From Spirochaetia bacterium (GTDB lineage Bacteria > Spirochaetota > Spirochaetia > SZUA-6 > Bin103), in assembly GCA_965203055.1 (NCBI GenBank), contig OZ241863.1:1536001-1600000 (forward strand): a stretch of 64,000 bases of DNA, read 5' to 3'. Numbering within the stretch: the first letter of the stretch is position 1; every line of letters begins with the position of its first letter. A program made the translations under genes and the position numbers. Under the pieces are notes generated by a model. The model ran no database searches. It was not told the origin of the DNA and saw only the letters and a list, made by a program, of their open reading frames with translations. This document shows positions 9,791-18,171 of the stretch, piece by piece.

Positions 9791-10569
9791 GTGGCGCCGG
9801 CGATCGGGAAGTACACGGGACCGCCGCCGGGGTCGGTGTGGGTGGAGCGGGCGCTCATGTAGGAGAGCGCTATGGCGCGCCGCCAGTGGGCGCTCCGGTT
9901 GGGCTCGGTGGCGTGCGGCAGCAGGGAGTGGAAGAACAGCCCCGCGCCGGCCGGCATCGGCACCAGCGTCCTGGCGGCCGCCGCGTAGTGCTGCGGCGCG
10001 ATCACGTAGTCGTCGGTGACGTGCACGTGGGGCAGCGCGCCGCCCCGATGGGCGCCGGCGATCACCCCCATGCAGCCGTTTTCGGTGGTGGCCTCGTCGA
10101 TGGCCAACCAGCAACTGCACAGCTCCATGGGCCGGATCGGCCAATAGGGGGAATCCTGATGCATCCCCTTGGCCGAGCCCACTTCCGGCGGCTTGAGCAA
10201 TACCGCGTTGCGGAACATCTTGAGGTCCGGCCCCAGGATGCGGGTGAGGACGCGGACCACGTTGGGGTGGCGGCCGAGCCCCTGAAACAGGTCGTCGGAC
10301 TCCACCAGACCGTCGATCTTGCGGATGCCGTCGCCGGGATGCGCCACGCTCAGTTCGCCGCGGGTGACGCGCGGCTCGGTCTGGACCCTGATGCGCTCCC
10401 GCGAGCGCCCGCCGTGCGTGTACTCGCGCAGCCGCTCTTGCAGGGCGCGCAATTCCGCCGCCGAGACCAGGTCATCGACCACGACGAAGCCGTCGCTGCG
10501 GTAATCGGCGAGCTGCCGGTCGGACAGCTCGATTGCGCCTGCGGCGCCGGTATCCGGTGCGGGTGCCAT
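9769..10569 (-). CDS. PhyH family dioxygenase
   Basis: MHQDSPYW, WLAIDEATTENGCM, FHSLLPHATEPNRS..WRRA. Confidence 0.9.
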   Translation of the reverse strand: MAPAPDTGAAGAIELSDRQLADYRSDGFVVVDDLVSAAELRALQERLREYTHGGRSRERIRVQTEPRVTRGELSVAHPGDGIRKIDGLVESDDLFQGLGRHPNVVRVLTRILGPDLKMFRNAVLLKPPEVGSAKGMHQDSPYWPIRPMELCSCWLAIDEATTENGCMGVIAGAHRGGALPHVHVTDDYVIAPQHYAAAARTLVPMPAGAGLFFHSLLPHATEPNRSAHWRRAIALSYMSARSTHTDPGGGPVYFPIAGATYPGCVR

Positions 10570-10715
10570 GGTGACGCAGGGTAGGGGCGGCGCCCCGGCG
10601 TGGCAAGCGGTCGCCGGCCGGCTTCGCACCGGGAAACCATTGCGCCGGTCCGTGCGCCACGCGCCGGCGTAAAGCCGCTATGGGCCGATTGCGGTAGAAT
10701 GGCGCGCACGTATCC

Positions 10716-12698
10716 ATGAGCACGATGCTCCCCGTCAACCTTGACGATCTCCTCTACTGTCGCAGCGTGGAGTCCGAACGAGTGGAGTTCAAGGCGTCGT
10801 GGGACCCGGCCACGACCGGCCCGCAGGTGCTGCGCACGATCGGCGCGTTCGCGAACGACTTTCACAACCTGAACGGCGGCTACGTAGTGATCGGGGTCGT
10901 GGAGCGGGACGGACGGGCAGCGCTGCCGCCGGCCGGCCTGTCCGCCGAAGAAGTCGAGGCCGCGCAGCAATGGATTCGCGGCAACTGCAATCGGATCGAT
11001 CCGCCGTACTTCCCCATCCTGTCGCCGGAATCGGTCGAGGGTCGGCTCATCCTGGTGGTCTGGGCGCCGGCAAGCGACACCAAGCCGCACCGCGCACCCG
11101 GCGGCAAGGGCGCAGCGCGCTACTGGGTCCGCCTCGGCTCCGAGACCGTCGACGCCGAGCGCCGCGGCAACCTGCTGCCCGCGCTTCTGCAGCAGACCGC
11201 GCGGGTGCCGTGGGACGATCGCCGCGCTCATGACGCGCGGGTCGAAGACGTGCGCGAAGCGAAGGTCCGCGAGTATCTGCGCGACGTCCGCAGTGGGCTC
11301 CCTGATGAGACCGACGAGCGCGACCTCTACCGGCGCCTGCGCCTCACGATGAAAGTCAACGATCATGAGGTGCCCCGGAACGCGGCGTTGTTGTTCTTCT
11401 CGAGCCGCCCTACACGGTGGTTTCGCGGCGCCCGGATCGAAGTGGTGCAGTTTGCCGCGGACCGCGGCGGAGACGTTCAGGAAGAGCGCATCTTCGAAGG
11501 CGGCCTCGTAGACCAGCTTCGTGACTGTCTGAACTACCTCGAAAACCTGTCCACCGTCCACCTGCAGAAGCAACCGCATCGGAGCCAGGTGCGCGGCTGG
11601 GTGAGCTATCCGATGCGGGCGCTGCGCGAGACGCTCGTCAACGCGGTGTATCACCGCGGCTACGACGTCGACCGGCCCGATCCCACCAAGGTCTATCTGT
11701 TTCCGAGCCGCATCGAGGTGATCAGCTACCCCGGACCGGTTCCCGGAATCGAGGCGCGTCATCTGCTGCCGAATGCCGAGGCGCGCGCGGCGCCGGCCCG
11801 CAACCGGCGAATCGGGGAGTTTCTGAAGGAACTGAAGCTGGCGGAGGGACGCCTCTCAGGGTTGCCGAAGGTGTTCCAGACGATGGAAGCCAATGGTTCG
11901 CCGGTGCCGCGCTTCGAGTTCGACGAGCAGCGCACCTGGTTTCAGGCCACGCTGCCGGCCCACCCGGAATACGGCGCCCTGTCCGCGCTGCGGGACGCGG
12001 CGCACCTGCGGGCGCTGGGCGAGCAGGCCGCAGCCCTGCGCCGCGTCGAGTCCGCGTGGGAGTATCACCGCGGTTCCGGGCTCCTCGCCGCGGAGTTGAT
12101 CGGCGTGTACGCGGCCCTCGGCGACCTCGCCCGCGCCGAAGGAATCCTGGACGACTTCAAGAGCGAGGGAGCGGAGACCGCGGTCCCGTACGTCGAAAAC
12201 AGGATGATCGAGGCGTTAGTGGACATGGGGGAGGGAGAAAAGGCGCGCCGCATGCTCATGCGGAGCCGCCCGTTGCTTTCCGGCAAGGACGCTATCGACG
12301 CCGCTATTCTGGCACGCCGCGCCAGGGACGAGCGAGGCGCCCACAGTTACTTCCAACGCGCCGGAGAAGCGGTCTATGCCGACGCTCGAGCGCTGCTCGA
12401 ATTCGCGCAGACCAAACTGTGGTTGGCGGTAGAGGCTCACCGCTACCGGCGCCGTGACTCGAATCGAAGATTGCTTGCCGAGGCCCGGACGCTCCTGGAG
12501 CGCGTGATCCAGCTCGATGCTTCTCCCGCCCGCCATGCCTGGGCGTGGCGCGAGCTCGCGCGCGCCTGCAACTGGCTGCGGCTGCCGGCTGGCGACGTCG
12601 AAGCCGCCTATCGCAAGGCGATCGAGTTGTTGCCGGACGAATCCCGGTTCGTCCGGGAATTGGCCAAAGTACGAGCAGCCCGGTCACCGCGGCGATAA
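10716..12698 (+). CDS. Schlafen/AlbA_2 + HATPase_c_4 protein with C-terminal TPR-like helical region
   Basis: ESERVEFKASW..IGAFAND..GGYVVIGV (AlbA_2); YPMRALRETLVNAVYHRGY..RNRRIGEFLKELKLAEG..SGL (HATPase_c_4); Ala/Leu/Arg-rich helical repeats ending AYRKAIELLPD. Confidence 0.8.
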   Translation: MSTMLPVNLDDLLYCRSVESERVEFKASWDPATTGPQVLRTIGAFANDFHNLNGGYVVIGVVERDGRAALPPAGLSAEEVEAAQQWIRGNCNRIDPPYFPILSPESVEGRLILVVWAPASDTKPHRAPGGKGAARYWVRLGSETVDAERRGNLLPALLQQTARVPWDDRRAHDARVEDVREAKVREYLRDVRSGLPDETDERDLYRRLRLTMKVNDHEVPRNAALLFFSSRPTRWFRGARIEVVQFAADRGGDVQEERIFEGGLVDQLRDCLNYLENLSTVHLQKQPHRSQVRGWVSYPMRALRETLVNAVYHRGYDVDRPDPTKVYLFPSRIEVISYPGPVPGIEARHLLPNAEARAAPARNRRIGEFLKELKLAEGRLSGLPKVFQTMEANGSPVPRFEFDEQRTWFQATLPAHPEYGALSALRDAAHLRALGEQAAALRRVESAWEYHRGSGLLAAELIGVYAALGDLARAEGILDDFKSEGAETAVPYVENRMIEALVDMGEGEKARRMLMRSRPLLSGKDAIDAAILARRARDERGAHSYFQRAGEAVYADARALLEFAQTKLWLAVEAHRYRRRDSNRRLLAEARTLLERVIQLDASPARHAWAWRELARACNWLRLPAGDVEAAYRKAIELLPDESRFVRELAKVRAARSPRR

Positions 12699-12717
12699 AC
12701 GCAGAGCAGTGGATGCA

Positions 12718-14314
12718 TCACTCTTCCACTACCTGAACCCGAAGCAGCTTGCCGTTCAGCGTTCGGCGCGCCCAATACAGGTTCTGGTACTGATCGAAGC
12801 CGCCCGCCGCCAGCTTCGCGGTGCCGGTAGCGGTAGTCCCGCTGGCCGGCGCTGAAAAGGTCACGGTCGGGGCCGACGGATAGCCGCGCCCCGGGTTCGT
12901 GATCGTCACTGACCGGACCCTGACCTGCAGCACCGCGGTGCCGGTAGCGGTGGTGGACGGGTGCAGCGATGCCGAAAAGGTCACGGTGGGGGGCGAACCC
13001 GCGGCGTAGCCAGCCCCCGGGTTCGTGATCGTCACTGACTCGACGCCGGATTGCAGCGCCGCGCTGCCGGTGGCCGTAGTCCCACTGGTCGGCGCCGAAA
13101 AGGTCACGGTCGGGGCGGACGTGTAGCCGCGCCCCGGGTTCGAAACAGATACTCTGAAGCGGCCACTCTGCAGCACTGCGGTGGCCGCTGCCCCGGTGCC
13201 GCCGCCGCCCGAAAAGGTGATGCTGGGGGCAGACGCGTAGTGGCCCCCGGCGTGACCCACCGACACTGAAGTGACGCTGCCGGAGCTGATCGTCGCGGTG
13301 CCGAGGGCCGGGATGCCGCCGCCGGACGGGGTGGAGAAGGTAACGGTGGGAGCGGACGTGTAGCCCGTCCCCCCGTTCGTGACCGTCACTGAAGTTACTC
13401 CGTTGTGCGACACCGACGTGCCGGTGGCGGTGACGCCGCCGGATGGCGGCGCGGAAATGGTAACGGTGGGGAGGGACGCGTAGCCGCTCCCGCGGTTGGT
13501 GACGGTCACTCCGCTGACGCCGCTCTGCAGCACCGCGGTGCCGGTCGCGGTGGTCCCGCTGGCCGGCGCCGAAAAGGTCACGGTCGGGGCGGACGTGTAG
13601 AGGGCCCCCGGGTTCGTGATCGTCACTGACGTAAGCCGGGTAATCAGGGTAGCGGTGCCGGTGGCCGTGACGCCGCCGGGCGGCGGATCGGAAAAGGTCA
13701 CGGTGGGGTCAGCCGTGTAGCCGCTCCCCGGCTCCGTGATCGTGACCGACTCGACCGAGTCCGACTCGCCCGACTGATCGGGCGCGGTGAGCGCGAGGAC
13801 CACCGCGCCTGCCTGGAGGTCCGGCGTTACCGTCCACTCCGCGCCGGATATATCGGACGGGAAGACCGGAGTGGTCGTCGTGCTGGTGAACGGCAGCTCG
13901 TGCCCGTCGATCGCAACGCGCACCTTGCCGGCGGCGATCCGACCCCAGAGATACGGCGCGGAACGGTTGCTGGTCTGGCTCAACACGTCGGCGTCATCGC
14001 CAAAGTGAGCCGCGCTGATCGTCCAGCTCTTGGCGTTGTCCTGCGGCGGCGTTGGCGGCGGCGCGCCGCTGCCTCCGGTCCCTCCGCCCGAACCGGCGTT
14101 GGCAGGAGTAGCAGCGGGCGGCCGAGCCGCCTCCGCGCACGCCAGCAAGGCGATGCCGGCGGCCGCCGCGAGCGCGAGCAGCGCTGCCTTACGAGCCGGA
14201 CCGGTTCTGTCGGGTGCGGCGCGGTATCCTCTTACCGACGGCTTCCGGGGGGGGGGGGGGGGTATCGTTAGTTAGGTTAGGGGGATCGTTCGGGTCGCGC
14301 GCCGGCATACGCAT
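12718..14314 (-). CDS. Predicted lipoprotein with 8 phage-structural-type beta repeats; 5' end out of frame at a G16/C16 tract (phase-variable or sequencing error)
   Basis: The main frame carries RKAALLALAAAAGIALLAC (lipobox) but has no start before the h-region. ATGs at 14314/14308 are one base out of frame across the C16 tract. Confidence 0.7.
12810..13755 (-). repeat. Eight tandem ~39-42 aa repeats, consensus V-x-SVTITNPG-x-GYTSAPTVTFSAP-x-SGTTATGTAVL
   Basis: Visible in protein and in DNA (recurring gaaaaggtcacggt and ccgggttcgtgatcgtcactgac). Confidence 0.95.
14247..14262. repeat. G16 homopolymer tract
   Basis: 16 consecutive G on the + strand; the only long homopolymer seen in the window. 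Confidence 0.95.
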
Positions 14315-14317
14315 CAA

Positions 14318-14689
14318 TCAATGCAGTATCGTCGGATCGGTGTCAACGGAGGCCGGAGGCTTCGCTCGCCGTTGGGTTCCTTCAATTCGGTGTCCTGCGC
14401 GGACCGCGCGCTTGATGAAGTAGCGTCCTTCCTCGCCGAGCATCCGGTCCAGCTCCGCAGGGGTATAGATCAGCAGGTCCGCCGGCCCGAGCTCCAGGCG
14501 AAGGTCCATGACTTCCCGTACCCGGTCGAAGAACGGTTGCGCCGTATCGCGTACCAGTACGACGTCGATGTCGCTGTGTTCGTCGGCGGTGCCGGCAGCG
14601 ACCGAGCCAAACACGTACGCCGCGATGAAGTCGCCCGCGTGCCGGGCGAAGATCGATCGGGCCGCCGCAAGGTCCACGGCGCCCAGCAT
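14318..14689 (-). CDS. Minimal nucleotidyltransferase (MNT/MntA-like), no intact HEPN partner
   Basis: YVFGSVAAGTADEHSDIDVVLV and DLLIYTPAEL motifs; start may instead be GTG 14677. Confidence 0.85.
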   Translation of the reverse strand: MLGAVDLAAARSIFARHAGDFIAAYVFGSVAAGTADEHSDIDVVLVRDTAQPFFDRVREVMDLRLELGPADLLIYTPAELDRMLGEEGRYFIKRAVRAGHRIEGTQRRAKPPASVDTDPTILH

Positions 14690-14710
14690 AGCACGGGGCC
14701 GGCGCACTCC

Positions 14711-16171
14711 TCACGCGCGGCGCGCGGCGGCGCGCTGTTCGAAGAACTCCACCAGCCGCGGCGGCGCCTCGATCTCCCGCAGCAGCTCCTCGAAGCGGGC
14801 TTGGCCGGCGGCGAGCGCCGAACTGCCGGCGCCGAGCGGGCGCTCGGCCAACGGGTCCGCCGCGAGATCGAAGAGCTGCGCGGTGCCGTCTTCCCCGATC
14901 GGGGCGTAGCCGTAGTCGCCGGTAATCAGGAACGGCGTGTTTATGCCGCGCGGCCAGTCGCCGCCCGGCGCGAGCTCGCCGGGGCACGATCCGGCGAGGG
15001 CGGCGCCGCGCGGGCCGCCGCCGCGCCCGCGCAGCGCCGCGGCCAGCGAGCGGCCGTGGAGCGGCTCCGGCGTCGCTACCGGGCCGCCGGCCGCCGCCCC
15101 GCTCAAGTCGAACAGCGTCGGCATCAGATCCACCGGCTGGGCGAACACCGGGTGCCGGATGCCCGCGGTAACCCCGGGCGCCGCCACCAGCAGCGGTATG
15201 TGCGACAGCTCCGGCGACAGCGTCCAGTAGCGGCGGTCGTCCGGGTCGCGGTTGATCTTGGAGGTGCGGCCATGCTCACCCAGGGAAGTGCCGTGGTCGG
15301 AGGCGAATACCACCACGCTGTCGTGCCACAGTTCCAGGTCCTCGATCTTCTCCAGGATGCGCCCCACGTGGCGGTCCACCAGCTCGGTCTCCGCCAGGTA
15401 GTGGGCGCGCAGGTTGGCCAGCTCGGCCGGGCGGTAGCGGCTGGCCAGTCCATAGTTGGGCATCAGCATCGGCGTCCCGGTGTAGTCGGGATCGTAGCGC
15501 CGCACCAGGTACTCCGGCGGGTCCCACGGCTCGTGCGGGTCGAAGAAGTCCACCCACAGGAAGAACGGTTGCGGGCTGCGGTAGTTTTCCTCCAGCCAGC
15601 GCACCGTAGTGCGCGCGGTGCGGTAGGAAAAGGTCTGTTCCTCCAGCTCGAAGTAGCGGTTGTGCCAGCGGTGGCGGTCGACCAGGGTAGGGCGCGCCCC
15701 CGGCGGAATGGGAAAGGTCTTGTCGTGCGGCACCACCGCCGGGATCGCGTCGTTGGCGTGCAGCAGCGGGGTATCGCCCTCCTGACCGCGCTCGCAGTAC
15801 CAGGCGTGGAAGCCGGGGAAGAGCGCCAGATTGGGCTGAATCAAGTGCGAGGAGTCGCAGATCAACTGGGTCAGGTAGCCGGCGTCCGCGAACAGCCGCG
15901 CCAGGTGGTTGGCGCTCGACTGCGCGACCGGCTGCCACGGAAACCGCGGCCAGCCGGCGCGCCCGGTCGCGACGTCGGTGCGGTTGGGGCCGGTGGGGAA
16001 GCTGCCGCAATAGTAGCGCTCCACCGACGCGGCGCGCTCGGCGAAGAACCGATCCAGATGCGGGGTGCGCGGCCCGCCTTGCGCTGGGGGCCGCAGATTG
16101 TCGCGCCGGAACGTGTCGGCGATGATCAGGATGACGTTGCGCCGATCCTGCCCGGTGCCAGGGTCTCTCAT
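14711..16171 (-). CDS. Sulfatase-like hydrolase (alkaline phosphatase superfamily) with T-x-P-x-R active-site motif
   Basis: NVILIIADTFR, SFPTGPNR, FFLWVDFFDPHEPWDPP, SDHG..LGEHG, HIPLLV, VDLMPT. Confidence 0.85.
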   Translation of the reverse strand: MRDPGTGQDRRNVILIIADTFRRDNLRPPAQGGPRTPHLDRFFAERAASVERYYCGSFPTGPNRTDVATGRAGWPRFPWQPVAQSSANHLARLFADAGYLTQLICDSSHLIQPNLALFPGFHAWYCERGQEGDTPLLHANDAIPAVVPHDKTFPIPPGARPTLVDRHRWHNRYFELEEQTFSYRTARTTVRWLEENYRSPQPFFLWVDFFDPHEPWDPPEYLVRRYDPDYTGTPMLMPNYGLASRYRPAELANLRAHYLAETELVDRHVGRILEKIEDLELWHDSVVVFASDHGTSLGEHGRTSKINRDPDDRRYWTLSPELSHIPLLVAAPGVTAGIRHPVFAQPVDLMPTLFDLSGAAAGGPVATPEPLHGRSLAAALRGRGGGPRGAALAGSCPGELAPGGDWPRGINTPFLITGDYGYAPIGEDGTAQLFDLAADPLAERPLGAGSSALAAGQARFEELLREIEAPPRLVEFFEQRAAARRA

Positions 16172-16228
16172 GGGTGAAGGTCCGCCCGCCAGCATAGCAC
16201 GCGGCGCGGCCGCGCGCTTGCCGCCGGT

Positions 16229-16996
<768 letters not shown>

Positions 16997-17015
16997 CTTC
17001 GCTTCGCTCCCGCAT

Positions 17016-18170
17016 TTACAGCCGCCGGCGGATGAACGAGTTCAACACCGCCGCGCCGACGATCGTGAGACCGACGATCGTCAGAAAATTGTCGGACGAG
17101 GTCAATCGCACCAGATAGATCCCCAACCCCGGAATCTCGCCGATGAACGAGTTTTGCAGCGGGTTGGAGAGCAGCACCACGCCGCTGCGCAGGGTGGAGA
17201 TGGTCAACACCCCCACCAAGCCGCCCAGCACGCTGCCATAGCCGCCGGTCAGCAGGCAGCCGCCCACCACGGCCGCGGCGATGGCGAGCAGCTCCTGCTG
17301 CTGCCCGGAGTTGCCCTGCACCCGGCCGAACTGGCTGAACAACACCACGCCGGCGATCCCGGCGAACAACCCGGTCAGGGCGAACCCCGAGATCTTGACC
17401 CGGCGCACGTTGATGCCCTGCGCGCGCGCCGCCTGCTCGTTGCCGCCCACCGCGAACACCCGGTTGCCGTAGCGGGTGCGGGTCAGCACGAACTGCATCA
17501 GCAGCGCCAACCCGATCATCCAGAACACGGAAACCCGCAGATTGCCCAACGGCCCGGCGATGCCGGCGTTGAAGTCGCGCAGGCGGCCGCTGAACACCTG
17601 AAACAGGGCGACTTCCTGCGCCGCCTCGCGGCTGGCTTCGAACGACTGATTGCCGGAGTACACCGACACCAGCCACAGGAAGATGAACAGGGTGCCCAGG
17701 GTGGCGATGAAGGAGGGGATGCGGGTGGTGGTCACGATCAACCCGTTGACCGCGCCCAGCGCGGCGCAGCCGAGCAGGGCCAGCAGCAAGGCGGCCAGCG
17801 GCGGCAGCGGCGCGCCCACCGGGAGCAGCCCGCCCAGCAGGGTGGTGCCGCCGATCGACAGGGTGCCGAACAGGTACCCGCCCAGCGCCAGGATCGGCCC
17901 CACCGACAGATCGAACTCGCCGTTGATCATCAGCATGACCACGGCGAGCACGATGATGCCGGTGAGCACCGAGCCATTCAGGATGCTCACCAGGGTGCGC
18001 AGGGTGAGCGCCCCCCGGGCATCGAACAGAAAGTAGAATCCGTTGACCACGCCCGGGACCGACAGCACGCAGAACAGCGCCAGCAGCAGCCCCAGGATCG
18101 CGGCCGGGATGCCCGCCGGCGTGCCGAGCACGATATGCAAGATACCGCGCCGGCGCGCCGGGGAGGGCAT
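17016..18170 (-). CDS. Sugar ABC transporter permease (RbsC-type)
   Basis: GEFDLSVG, IPSFIATLG, GNRVFAVGGNEQAARAQGIN, IAAAVVGG. Confidence 0.95.
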   Translation of the reverse strand: MPSPARRRGILHIVLGTPAGIPAAILGLLLALFCVLSVPGVVNGFYFLFDARGALTLRTLVSILNGSVLTGIIVLAVVMLMINGEFDLSVGPILALGGYLFGTLSIGGTTLLGGLLPVGAPLPPLAALLLALLGCAALGAVNGLIVTTTRIPSFIATLGTLFIFLWLVSVYSGNQSFEASREAAQEVALFQVFSGRLRDFNAGIAGPLGNLRVSVFWMIGLALLMQFVLTRTRYGNRVFAVGGNEQAARAQGINVRRVKISGFALTGLFAGIAGVVLFSQFGRVQGNSGQQQELLAIAAAVVGGCLLTGGYGSVLGGLVGVLTISTLRSGVVLLSNPLQNSFIGEIPGLGIYLVRLTSSDNFLTIVGLTIVGAAVLNSFIRRRL

Positions 18171-18171
18171 C

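Noticed and set aside
12810..13755. Possible CRISPR array or DGR template from recurring DNA motifs
   Set aside because: The repeats are in-frame, degenerate protein-coding units of ~120 bp without unique spacers; no cas or reverse transcriptase gene is present.
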